Shown here in pieces: positions 38,491 through 48,137 of a stretch of DNA of 64,000 nucleotides. The position numbers and the translations under genes were made by a program. Source of the DNA: Candidatus Versatilivorator sp. GTDB taxonomy: Bacteria; Acidobacteriota; Terriglobia; Versatilivoradales; Versatilivoraceae. Below the pieces are notes generated by a model. It did no database searches, had not been told where the DNA came from, and saw only the letters and a program-made list of their open reading frames with translations. The stretch covers positions 4,156,234 through 4,220,233 of the forward strand of contig OZ253547.1 of NCBI GenBank assembly GCA_965262635.1. The letters run 5' to 3'. Each line of letters starts with the position of its first letter. Within the stretch, counting starts at the first letter, position 1.

Positions 38491-39845
38491 GGGGACGTTG
38501 TTGAATTACTGGAATAACTGTCTCCGTTTCCTATTCCTGACCGACTGAAACGGCGTAGCAGATGCCTTCCCGAACGCTTCGGTACACTCGCAGGCACTCA
38601 CACCGCGATTCGTCCTCGAAACGCGGCCGAATCGTTGCACCAGCAACTCGCACACGGTATCCTTAATTCTCCGCCTGTTTTTTCCTCCCTCCCTAAGCGT
38701 CGTCGCACGCTTGGTTCTCCAGGTTTTCGATGACAACCACCCCGTCCCGAAAACAGCAGGTGTGCTGTACGGGACGTTTTTGAAGTACCGAAAAAACCCT
38801 ACACAGTTTCTCCCTACACAGTTTCCAAGTTGTCACTACCCAAAGGAGAGCAGCAATGCCTCGCCAGGCACGGCTGGACGCTCCCGGCACCCTCCACCAC
38901 GTCATGCTGCGCGGTATCGAGCGCCGGGCGATTGTGACCGACGACGCAGACCGTCACGAGTTTGTCAGGCGCTTGGGAGCCTCGGCCATGCAGAGCCGAA
39001 CGTCGGTCTATGGCTGGGTCTTGTTGACCAATCATGCCCACCTGCTGCTACGTAGCGGTCCTGATGGGTTACCCTGGTTGATGCGCCGCTTTCTGACCGG
39101 GTATGCCCAAGCCTACAATCGGCGCCACCAGCGTCACGGTCACCTGTTTCAGAATCGCTACAAGTCCATTGTGTGCGAGGAGGACGGCTATTTCATGGAG
39201 TTACTCCGCTACATCCATCTCAATCCTATTCGTGCCAGGCTGGTCAGGACCTTAAGCGAATTGGAGCGTTATCCCTGGAGCGGGCATGGAGTACTGTTGG
39301 GAGAGATAGCGGGGAGCTGGCAAGAACGGGAGTGGGTGCTGAGTTGGTTTGGCAAAACGACCGATAGTGCCATACAGGCCTATCGCGAATTTGTAGCGGA
39401 GGGCGTGGGACAAGAGCGACGGCCTGAGCTGGTCGGAGGCCGGCAGGTCCGATCAGGAGGGAGTTGGTCGGTAGTCCGCGGCCGAAGTCGGCAAAAAGTA
39501 GGCGATGAGCGGATCCTTGGCGGTAAGGTCTTCGTGGCCACGGTACTACGGGAAGCGGAAGAGCGAATACGCCGACAACTGGCGGTGCGAAGAAACCAGT
39601 CTGGGGTGTCCGAGGCAATAGAGCGGGTCTGTCGGCAGGCTGGTGTCAGCGCTCGGGAACTGCAGGCGGGCAGTCGGCGAAGGCCGGTGTCGAAGATTCG
39701 AGCCTTGCTGGCACAACGGCTAGTGGCAGAGTTCGGGCTGTCCCTGGCGGAAGTTGCTCGCCAATTAGGGGTCTCCCTCTCCGCAATTGCCAAGAGTTTA
39801 CAGAATCGCCAGACAGAATAATTCCAGTAATTCAACAACGTCCCC
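38491..39845 (+). mobile_element. IS200/IS605-superfamily-like insertion sequence with 27-bp TIRs (ggggacgttgttgaattactggaat) flanked by TA
   Basis: Left end at 38491, right end ...aattccagtaattcaacaacgtcccc at 39845, and flanks tta|...|tac. Confidence 0.8.
38856..39821 (+). CDS. Y1 HuH transposase (IS200-like Y1_Tnp domain) fused to a DnaA-C-like HTH
   Basis: HuH motif LLTNHAHLLL, catalytic Tyr region YIHLNPIRARLV, and C-terminal ..AEFGLSLAEVARQLGVSLSAIAKS.. Confidence 0.85.
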   Translation: MPRQARLDAPGTLHHVMLRGIERRAIVTDDADRHEFVRRLGASAMQSRTSVYGWVLLTNHAHLLLRSGPDGLPWLMRRFLTGYAQAYNRRHQRHGHLFQNRYKSIVCEEDGYFMELLRYIHLNPIRARLVRTLSELERYPWSGHGVLLGEIAGSWQEREWVLSWFGKTTDSAIQAYREFVAEGVGQERRPELVGGRQVRSGGSWSVVRGRSRQKVGDERILGGKVFVATVLREAEERIRRQLAVRRNQSGVSEAIERVCRQAGVSARELQAGSRRRPVSKIRALLAQRLVAEFGLSLAEVARQLGVSLSAIAKSLQNRQTE

Positions 39846-39864
39846 TACTGACTCCTAGCGGCTG

Positions 39865-40330
39865 GTGCGGGTGGAGGAGTCACTGCCCTACAGCAGGGGC
39901 TGGCGGCGCCGTCCGCTGAAGGATCGTGCGGCGCTGGCGCGGGCCTTTCTGGCGAAGGCGGTGCTGGACGTGCCCACCACCCGGGGGCTGGTCGAGCGGC
40001 TGAGGACGGAGGGTCTGCTGCGTCGGCTGTGCGGCTGGGAGGCGGCAGGGGCGGTGCCGAGCGAGGCGACCTTCTCGCGCGCTTTTGCGGAATTCGCCGC
40101 CAGCGACCTGCCGGGGCGCCTGCATGAGGCGCTGCTCGACAGAACGCTGTAGGGCCACCTGGCGGGCCACGTGTCGAGGGACTCGACCGCCATCCCGGGA
40201 CGAGAATCGCCGGCGCCCAAGCCCGCCCCGACGGCCAAGCCGAAGCGCCGACGAAGTCGGCCGCGCAAGGACGAGCCACGGGCGAAGGAGCCGCGACGCC
40301 TGCAGCGGCAGGCATCGATGACGCTGGAGG
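39865..40330 (+). pseudogene. IS1182/IS5-family transposase internal fragment (in-frame stop at 40150, truncated at both ends)
   Basis: Matches the IS1182-type N-terminal region (..RPLKDRAALARAFLAKAVLDVPTTRGLVERL..LCGW..VPSEATFSRAF..). After the TAG stop it continues with HVSRDSTAIPGRE (the DSTAI DDE-region motif). Confidence 0.5.
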
Positions 40331-40768
40331 GACGTCCTCGCTCCCTTCAAAGCTCAGCCCTGGAAGGGGCCGCCGCCGGAAGTCGCCACTCACAGCTTTG
40401 GCGATCACGGGGGCGAATCACCGGAGCATCAAGCGTTCAAGGAGGCCGTCCGCTTGCATCCAGTCTGGTTTGGGATCCCAGAGCGTCCTGCGTCCGTTGA
40501 ATATCCCTTCGTGACCGGTGACGCCGTCGACGTCCTGTTCACTCAGGGCACTCGAATGTGGGGAGGCGCGGTGAAGTCGGCAGTGTCTCAGGAAGGGGAT
40601 ATTCTCCGAGGCCTGTTTCAGTGCGTGAAGTACCGCGCCCTCCTTCAGGCGGAGCAGGTAGCCGCCGGCAATGCGTGCTTCGTCGATGTCTATCTTGCTT
40701 GTGAGCATGAGTTCCCAGCGAAGCTGCTCGGTGTTGGCCACGTTCTAGCAGCCCGTGGTTAAAGGGCG

Positions 40769-41212
40769 ATGAGGGGATCGACACGATCGATCCTGTGTAC
40801 TACACTCCGGCATGGCCATCAGACGATGCAAGAACCGGGCACGCACGCCGGGGTTGCCGAGATGATCTCGCAGCTGATCGACTTGGCGAAGAGCCTGCGA
40901 GACGCGCAGCGGCACGGCGAAGAACTCGGCCTGAGCGGCGAGGAAACTGCCTTCTACGACGCCCTGGCGGAGAACAGGTCAGCCAGAGAAGCGATGCAGA
41001 GCGATACGCTGCGTCTCTTGGCCCGGAAACTGACCGAAATGGTCAAGTACATGCCCAAGCTTGACTGGACCCATCGCGCGTCGGTACGGGCGAGCCTGCG
41101 GCGGAATGTTCGCCGGTTGCTGGCAAAGTACGGCTACCCTCCGGATCTGGCCGAAGACGCGACGCAGCTCGTCTTGCGACAGGCAGAGTTGTCCACGGAG
41201 AACTCGGAGTAA
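40769..41212 (+). pseudogene. C-terminal fragment of a type I restriction enzyme R subunit (HsdR C-terminal/DUF3387 region)
   Basis: ..EELGLSGEETAFYDALAENRSAREAMQSDTLRLLARKLTEMVKYMPKLDWTHRASVRASLRRNVRRLLAKYGYPPD.. matches the conserved HsdR C-terminus. There is no helicase/nuclease core upstream. Confidence 0.55.
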
Positions 41213-41625
41213 ACCAGGATGGCTTGGCCTCGCCGCTACTGTTTGGTAGCGCCATTCGACAAGCAGCGCGCCAGTTGACGCGGGTCGCCGGCCCGAAACT
41301 CGTGGAAGTACGCCGCACCTTGATCCTGGGCGAGCGAATCCTTCATGTTAACGGGACTTATGGATCATCTTTCCGACTGATGTTTTACCCCTTCACGGAG
41401 GGAAACATTGACCCTGAGCGACCCCAACATCACCTCATGGGCCGGCGTCCGAAATTCCGGCCCGTGAGCACGGCCCAGACCCGCTCAAAGACGCTCCCAG
41501 AACGGGCGTTAGGCGTCTTTAGAACGGGCCGGGGGGCGAGCATTGAACAAGTGCCCGAGGACTCATAGCCGTGATCTACGTGAACCGCCGTGGCGATCGC
41601 AGGCGAGGCAGACGTACGGCTTGAT

Positions 41626-41926
41626 GATGAAAGGGCATCACGTCAGATACCTCCAGCAGTTCGTTCATATTCTTCCCGGTGACTTGGTACTTCTTCCGAC
41701 GGATGGTCGCTGCTATCAGGTGCATCTGCGAGTGGTAGTACCGCCCCGCTGCCAGGAACTTGCCCGCGCTGGGATACCGGCCTACTACTACTATTTCGAT
41801 ATCCCTGGTCGGAACTGGTACGAGCACGCCCACCGAGTGGCACGGCATCCCGCGTCCGCAAGCGCACCCTCCGAGGTGCTGGCCGTCGATCCGGATGCGT
41901 GCGCCGACTTGGACGGAGACGCATAA
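41626..41926 (+). CDS. hypothetical small protein (100 aa), possibly first gene of the nuclease-helicase operon
   Basis: The ORF ends 2 nt before the ATG of the next gene; there is no homology call. Confidence 0.3.
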
Positions 41927-41928
41927 CC

Positions 41929-42726
41929 ATGGTCGCCGCGCTTGCACCGGAGATACGCTACTCGGGGTCGAAGGACTCCGCGCAGTGGCGCGGCCACGTT
42001 GTCGTGGATGAGGACCGCTTCAAGTCCTACGTGGCAGGCCGCGTGAAGGCGCGGATGGAAGACGACGAAGCCCAAGGCCAATTTGCGGCAGAACTGCACG
42101 GCATGGCCACGACGGGGATGGCCACCGAGTTCGTGGAGACTCTCCTTCAAGCAGTTTCGGAGGAAAAGTCGTGGGCTGTCGGAGAGGCCCTGGCAGAGTG
42201 TGTTCTTGCCGACGACGAGACGCGTGAGGTCTGCTGGCCTTGGAATCTCGTACGTGACCGCCGCACGCCAAGGGCCAGTCTGCCGGGGGCGGACCTGGTT
42301 GGCTTCTGCAAGGAGGGCGATGCCGTCCTCTTGCTCTTTGGGGAGGTGAAGACATCCTCCGATGCAAGCACCCCTCCCAACGTGATGAACGGAAGCGGGG
42401 GGATGGCATGGCAGCTCAAGAACGAAGCGACTGACCTCAACATCCAGCACGCATTGCTGAAGTGGCTTCGCGCGCGATGCGCATCTGCCGAGCACCAGGC
42501 GCTCTATCAGGCGGCGGTTCATCGCTATGTCCAGTCGCTTGGGAAGGAGATCCTTCTCGTAGGGATACTTCTTCGCGACACGGAGCCCAATGAACTGGAC
42601 GTGACTGCCCGGGCTAAGGTCCTCGCAAAGAGCCTTGGCAGCCCGACGCGCATCGAAATCACCGCTTGGTATCTGCCTGTTCCTATCAAGGACTGGCCGG
42701 CTTTGCTTCATGGGGGTGCACCATGA
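41929..42726 (+). CDS. PD-(D/E)xK nuclease-like protein (HamA/DUF1837-like candidate)
   Basis: 265 aa. The motif ..PGADLVGFCKEGDAVLLLFGEVKTS.. gives D122...E139-V-K141. An RBS ggaga lies upstream, and the stop overlaps the next gene's start (ATGA). Confidence 0.55.
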   Translation: MVAALAPEIRYSGSKDSAQWRGHVVVDEDRFKSYVAGRVKARMEDDEAQGQFAAELHGMATTGMATEFVETLLQAVSEEKSWAVGEALAECVLADDETREVCWPWNLVRDRRTPRASLPGADLVGFCKEGDAVLLLFGEVKTSSDASTPPNVMNGSGGMAWQLKNEATDLNIQHALLKWLRARCASAEHQALYQAAVHRYVQSLGKEILLVGILLRDTEPNELDVTARAKVLAKSLGSPTRIEITAWYLPVPIKDWPALLHGGAP

Positions 42727-45700
42727 CAGCAGCCACCTGGCTTCGAACGGCAGTTGGCGAGGAGCGCCTTCGCCAGACTTCGACAGAGGCGAGTCGCCGG
42801 AGGCTCACCAATGCTCTGAGTTCACCTTCTCAAGCAACAGACGATCGGGAACTCCAGTTCGTCACGAACGCGCTTGAGTTGCAGCTATTCGATGCCCTGG
42901 ATGACGAGGGTCGTGTGGTTGAGCTCCGCGCTGTTGCTGCGGAGACCTTCCGGATCGCCAGAACACTGGCATGGCCGCAGGAGCCGGTTGCCGCAGCTCA
43001 GTGGCTCGTACGGTTGGGGTGCATCGCGGTGCTCGGTGATCGCTCGGCCGATTTCCGTCGCATTGTCACGGAGTGCGAGCTTCCGGCGCTTGCGCCCGAT
43101 TCGGCCGACTGGGGAGTCCGCGTCTGGTCGTCAGTCTTGGACGTGTGGTTGCGTCTCCTGCGAAAAAAAGGGTGGGGCGATCTCGATGCTGTCCAGGAGC
43201 GAATCGTCGCCATTCGCGAAGCACAGCGAGCTTTCGAACCAGCATTCCTGAAAGAAGCGGAGGCTCGCAAGGATGTGCGACCGGCCTGGGAACTCATGGC
43301 CCAGTACCATCTCGCGAAGGCTGCTGAGATTCTGGGCGCCTATGTCGGCCAGGGCTCAGTCGATGGCCGCTATGACATTCGACAGCAGCTTGAAGCGCAA
43401 TTTGACCGAGCTATTGCCGCGTCGGCTCGTGGGCAACTGGTCGAGCGAGAGATGCTGTCGCGGCTCCTTGCTCGGGCCGCACGCGTGATGGTGGACAACA
43501 GCATCTGGACAGTGACGCGCGCGGTGAACAGCAGGGTGACCCGATTTGTGCAGTCGTTGACAGCTCGCGATCGAAAGCGCCCGATCTTCGAGATGCTACC
43601 GCCTCAGAGACGGACCCTTAGGGAACACGGCCTCCTCGGGTCTGGCCATCGATCAGTCGTAGTGAGCTTGCCGACTTCAAGCGGCAAGACGTTCATCGCC
43701 GAGTTCCGGATCCTCCAGGCGCTAAACCAGTTCGATCAAGAGAACGGGTGGGTTGCCTATCTGGCCCCCACGCGAGCACTCGTGAATCAGCTCACCACGC
43801 ACCTCCGCCGCGATTTCTCCCACCTTGGGACTGTCGTAGAAAAGGTGAGTCCGGCACTGGAGGTGGATGGTCTCGAAGCAGGGATGCTGACCGAGGCCGA
43901 CCGGGCGCAGCAGTTCCGAATCCTCGTGACCACCCCTGAGAAGCTGGACCTAATGTTGCGCGGGGGATGGGAGGACGAGATTGGCCGTCCCCTCACGCTG
44001 GTCGTCGTGGACGAGGCGCACGGCCTGGCCTCCGAGAACCGCGGGCTCAAGCTCGAGCTGCTTCTAGCGACCATCAACCGCGAGTGCCGCTACGCGCAGT
44101 TCCTCTTGTTGACGCCTTTCATCCGCAACGGCGCAGAGATTGCCCGCTGGCTTTCGCCAGACAGCAACAAGAATATCGACATCGGCGTCGATTGGACCCC
44201 GAACGACCGCGTAGTGGCGATCGCCCGGGTGAACCAAGGCAATCGTAGAGGCGAATTCAGCTTGTCTCTGCACACTCGACACACGACGCACAACACCCTC
44301 GACGTCCCGGAACAGATTGGCATCGGCGAGCCGCGTCCTCTCGGCTTGGCCTGGTCTGCAGTGAAGAACTCGCCGGGCAAGATCGCAGCAACAACCGCAC
44401 AAGTTCTTAAGAAGCGTGGCACCGTCATTGTGCTCGCTGACACTCCGTTGGCAACGTGGGGGATCGCCGACGCATTCAAAATCGAAGAGAACAAGCGAAC
44501 GCTAGAGGGTGACGACCTCGGACACGTGCAACGGTTCCTCATCGACGAAATGGGAGGGGACTTTCCGCTGGCCCGCTTGCTCGAATATGGAGTCGGTGTT
44601 CACCACGCGGGAATGTCCGAGGACACGCGCTCTCTCGTGGAGTGGCTGACCGAGAACGATCGCCTGGGGGTTTTGGTCGCAACGACCACCATTGCTCAAG
44701 GCGTGAATTTTCCGGTGTCCGGCGTCGTGTTTGCCAGCCACCAGTACCGGCTCAGAGAGAGGCCATGGCGAAAGGACATGCCTCCCGAGGATTTCTGGAA
44801 CATTGCCGGACGAGCGGGTCGGGTGGATCAGGGAGACCTTGGGGTTATCGCTCTTGCGGCCAAGGATGACGCTAAACAACAAGTGCTTGAGCAGTTCATC
44901 GATGCTTCAGTCAGCGAGCTCAACTCGACGCTCATCGAGTTGGTACAGACAGCGGCGAATGCCGGCTCGCTGCTGCAGTTGGAATCGCTGTCGTATCAGC
45001 CCGGTTGGTCCGCCTTTGTCCAATACCTGGCTCACACGTACCGTCAGATCGGGAATCACGAGCAGTTCGCAGCGCAGGTCGAGCAAGTTCTCCGGGGCAC
45101 ACTTGGCTTCCAGTCGCTGCGCAAGAGCCACAAGGGATGGGCGGACAGTTTGGTGCAAGGCGTGTACGCCTATGCCGAGAGAATCAAGGGGAAGCCGCTA
45201 AGCCTCGTCGATGCAACGGGGTTCTCCTGGGAGTCGGTCAATGCCACGCTGGCAAGGCTCGGCCAGGAGAAACTGCCGAACGACGTATGGTCGCCCGAGT
45301 TGTTCGCCGGCCGCAGAGACGACCTTCGTAGGATGATGGGACTCCTCCTGCAGGTGCCTGAGCTGCAAGATTCGCTCAAAGACGTCACTGGCGGAACGAG
45401 CCCGGATGGAGACAAACTCGCCCGAATCATCTGCGCCTGGGTTCAGGGGCGTCCGCTCATCGAGATGGCCACCGATTACTTCAGCCAACCCGGCGAGGAG
45501 GAGAGTGATGAAGCCGCAACGGGTCCCGTCACTGCAATGACCAAGTGCTGCCAGAGCGTGTTCGGGAGGTTGACACAAACTGCATCGTGGGGCCTCTCCG
45601 CGCTTCAGTCACTCACGCTTGGAAATGCCTTCGATGAGTTGTCTCCCGACGAGCAACGAAGCCTCCGCAACCTGCCGGCGCGCGTGTACTACGGCGTCAA

Positions 45701-45911
45701 CAGCGACGAGGCCGTCGCCCTCAGGCTGCTGGGGGTGCCCAGGACGGCAGCGCCGGCGCTCGCGATGGGTCTTGCGGTCAAAGCGGACGAGCCGCTTCAC
45801 CAGGTTCGCGGTCGGCTCCGAGCGGCCGACGTGAGCGAGTGGACGAAGGCGATGGGCGAGCGCGGGGTGAGCTACCATCGAGTCTGGTCAATCATGGAAG
45901 GCGAGTCTTGA
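42723..45911 (+). CDS. SF2 DEAH-box helicase, 1062 aa (Ski2/Hel308-like; HamB-like candidate) with ~320-aa N-terminal and ~400-aa C-terminal helical extensions
   Basis: Walker A LPTSSGKTFIAEF, DEAH box LVVVDEAHGL, motif VI NIAGRAGRVDQG, and VLVATTTIAQGVNFP. Confidence 0.85.
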   Translation: MTAATWLRTAVGEERLRQTSTEASRRRLTNALSSPSQATDDRELQFVTNALELQLFDALDDEGRVVELRAVAAETFRIARTLAWPQEPVAAAQWLVRLGCIAVLGDRSADFRRIVTECELPALAPDSADWGVRVWSSVLDVWLRLLRKKGWGDLDAVQERIVAIREAQRAFEPAFLKEAEARKDVRPAWELMAQYHLAKAAEILGAYVGQGSVDGRYDIRQQLEAQFDRAIAASARGQLVEREMLSRLLARAARVMVDNSIWTVTRAVNSRVTRFVQSLTARDRKRPIFEMLPPQRRTLREHGLLGSGHRSVVVSLPTSSGKTFIAEFRILQALNQFDQENGWVAYLAPTRALVNQLTTHLRRDFSHLGTVVEKVSPALEVDGLEAGMLTEADRAQQFRILVTTPEKLDLMLRGGWEDEIGRPLTLVVVDEAHGLASENRGLKLELLLATINRECRYAQFLLLTPFIRNGAEIARWLSPDSNKNIDIGVDWTPNDRVVAIARVNQGNRRGEFSLSLHTRHTTHNTLDVPEQIGIGEPRPLGLAWSAVKNSPGKIAATTAQVLKKRGTVIVLADTPLATWGIADAFKIEENKRTLEGDDLGHVQRFLIDEMGGDFPLARLLEYGVGVHHAGMSEDTRSLVEWLTENDRLGVLVATTTIAQGVNFPVSGVVFASHQYRLRERPWRKDMPPEDFWNIAGRAGRVDQGDLGVIALAAKDDAKQQVLEQFIDASVSELNSTLIELVQTAANAGSLLQLESLSYQPGWSAFVQYLAHTYRQIGNHEQFAAQVEQVLRGTLGFQSLRKSHKGWADSLVQGVYAYAERIKGKPLSLVDATGFSWESVNATLARLGQEKLPNDVWSPELFAGRRDDLRRMMGLLLQVPELQDSLKDVTGGTSPDGDKLARIICAWVQGRPLIEMATDYFSQPGEEESDEAATGPVTAMTKCCQSVFGRLTQTASWGLSALQSLTLGNAFDELSPDEQRSLRNLPARVYYGVNSDEAVALRLLGVPRTAAPALAMGLAVKADEPLHQVRGRLRAADVSEWTKAMGERGVSYHRVWSIMEGES

Positions 45912-46226
45912 GACCCGGGAACCGGCCCACACTCGCCTTGGAGTTGCCCCAGTTCCGCGCACAGGCTAAGGCTTTCGCTGCTGCCGGCGTTGTCAGCTCG
46001 TGGTCGTCCCCCGCCGCGCCGGCCGCTGCCGGCTGGCTTGTAACGGCTCGACGACCGAGGACCGCGCATTGATCAGTCTGCGCGTGGCGTTGATCCCGGT
46101 CACTCGTCTCCCTTACGCGAACGACTGCGCGTCCACTTCCACCTCAGCGGTGATGCTGGCATCGTCGGGCCAGGACTGCGTGGGGAACGCGTTCTTGTCC
46201 GGGTTGTCACTGACGGACGAAAAATA

Positions 46227-46486
46227 GGGGACGTTGTTGAATTACTGGAATAACTTTCCCATTTTCTTATTCCTGACTGACCAAAACGGCGAAGCAGATG
46301 CCTTCCCGAGCGCTTCGGCACACTCGCAGGCACTGACACCAAGATTCGTCGTCAAAACGCGTCCGAATCGTTGCACCAAGCACTTTCCCCACGGTTTTCG
46401 CGGATTTTCACTCTGTTTTTTCCTCCCTCTCTAGGCGTCGACAAAATCGCCGGAAAGAGTAATTCCACTAATTCAACAACGTCCCC
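46227..46486 (+). mobile_element. MITE derived from the IS at 38491-39845 (left 215 bp + right 45 bp, no transposase), TA-flanked
   Basis: ggggacgttgttgaattactggaataac...taattccactaattcaacaacgtcccc with flanks ata|...|tat. Confidence 0.8.
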
Positions 46487-46853
46487 TATTGACCCGGAGA
46501 AAAGAGGAACACCACATCTTGCGGACGGCCGCGCTCGAGTAGGCCGAGCTCGGCACCGGACACCCCACGCATCGGGGATGCTCGCTGATCCTCAAGCCAC
46601 CGTATCAAACTGCACGGGCAATACCTTGCAATTTCAAATACTTAGATGCCGGTGGCGCTGCCCTTCGGACTCCTCCTTGCCACAAACCCAGCTTCATGCT
46701 CAGGACACGACTGTGGCATGCTGGCACTCCCAGCGCTAAGCTATCTACACACAGGGGAACACCATGAACTGACGGTGCGCGCCTCCAAAGCAGCGTAAGC
46801 ATCCGGCGAAAGCCGCAGGGTGTGTCGGTCTGGAGCCAGGACCGGGCATGCCG

Positions 46854-47381
46854 TCAGCCTTCGAGCTCGCGCGGTACCACTTTCCGAAGCCCTATTGCCG
46901 AGTGTGCCCGACCTCCGAGCGTGCTGGCCAGTTTCCGGAGGGCCGCCGCATGCTTCCTTATCGTATCTGCCACAGGAGGTTGCCCGGTCTGCTCTCCCAA
47001 AGATCCTCCGTACCTCAGGGTAACGGCGGCGTCTTTGTAATGCCCGAAGGCTTCCCGTATATCTTCCATCGGGACGCAGGACGCCACAGCGACCTTTTCC
47101 CTCCACTCGTCGGTCAGGCGGTTCCAAAGAATGACGAGGTCGTGCTTTTTGGGAACGGACCTCCCCATCTCCCGGTCGAGAATGTGCTTCAGGCCCAGTT
47201 CGATACTGTTGATCCGCAAAAGGACGGAACCTAAGGTGAGCGCGAACATCACATCGCCCTTGGAGAGGCCGCGCGCCTTCCATTCCTCTTCGTCCACGCC
47301 TTCAAGCATGTTGGCAGCCATGGCGTAAATCCTTGCCCCCAAGCCGAAATTTTCGAGGTTCTTCTGGCGTGACTTGGACAT
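46854..47381 (-). CDS. hypothetical protein, possible HEPN-like (Rx5H)
   Basis: 175 aa; LKHILDREMGRSVPKKHDLVILW. Confidence 0.4.
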   Translation of the reverse strand: MSKSRQKNLENFGLGARIYAMAANMLEGVDEEEWKARGLSKGDVMFALTLGSVLLRINSIELGLKHILDREMGRSVPKKHDLVILWNRLTDEWREKVAVASCVPMEDIREAFGHYKDAAVTLRYGGSLGEQTGQPPVADTIRKHAAALRKLASTLGGRAHSAIGLRKVVPRELEG

Positions 47382-47485
47382 GTGCAGCCGTCTCCTCGAA
47401 GCGACATATTGATGCCACCAGCAATCTTAATTGCACTCTAAATGGTGGCAGATGGATAACGCCGGTTCGCGTCAATCGCCGGCGA

Positions 47486-47851
47486 TCACAACTCGTCCCA
47501 ATTCTTTGGCCGACCCTCGTGAAGGAGCTTGAACAGCGTCCTTCTGGCGATATCGAATCCGCTGGCGAACCACCGCTGAGTTTCCAGCGGAGAGGCGTTG
47601 CGCCGCCCGCCGTGAACGATGTTCGACCGTGCGTTGTAGAATCTCCTGACGGTCTCCTTGATCCGTTCCCTGCTCACGGAATGGGTTCCAAGGTACCGGG
47701 AAGCCCTGTTCTGTAATGTAGCGGAAATGTCCCGCCGCGGTAGGTCGTACATGTTTTCCAACGCGATCACAACATCGACAATCCTCATCTCATCCGCGAA
47801 CCCTTCGCCCCTTGCAAGTGCCTGGGAAAGCCGACTCACAATCGGCGCCAC
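47486..47851 (-). CDS. HEPN-domain protein (Apea-like Rx4HG motif), possibly 5'-truncated by MITE insertion
   Basis: YNARSNIVHGG motif. It has a GTG start, and the reading frame stays open upstream right to the MITE edge at 47879. Confidence 0.5.
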   Translation of the reverse strand: MAPIVSRLSQALARGEGFADEMRIVDVVIALENMYDLPRRDISATLQNRASRYLGTHSVSRERIKETVRRFYNARSNIVHGGRRNASPLETQRWFASGFDIARRTLFKLLHEGRPKNWDEL

Positions 47852-47878
47852 CTGGACGTACCGCTCAGGCTCAAAATA

Positions 47879-48137
47879 GGGGACGTTGTTGAATTACTGG
47901 AATAACTTTCCCAGTTTCTTATTCCTGACTGACTAATACGGCGAAGCAGATGCCTTCCCGTGCGCTTCGGCACACTCGCAGGCACTGACACCGCGATTCG
48001 TCCTCAAAACGTGTCCGAATCGTTGCACCAAGCAGTTCCCCCACGGCATCCTGGATTTTCACTCTGTTTTTTCCTCCCTCTCTAGGCGTCGACAGAATCG
48101 CCAGACAGAGTAATTCCACTAATTCAACAACGTCCCC
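47879..48137 (+). mobile_element. second MITE copy derived from the same IS, TA-flanked
   Basis: ~95% identical to 46227-46486, with flanks ata|...|tat. Confidence 0.8.

Noticed and set aside
40454-40762. 102-aa ORF as a further piece of the decayed hsdR
   Set aside because: There are no recognisable HsdR motifs. It may be coding debris, so I left it unannotated.
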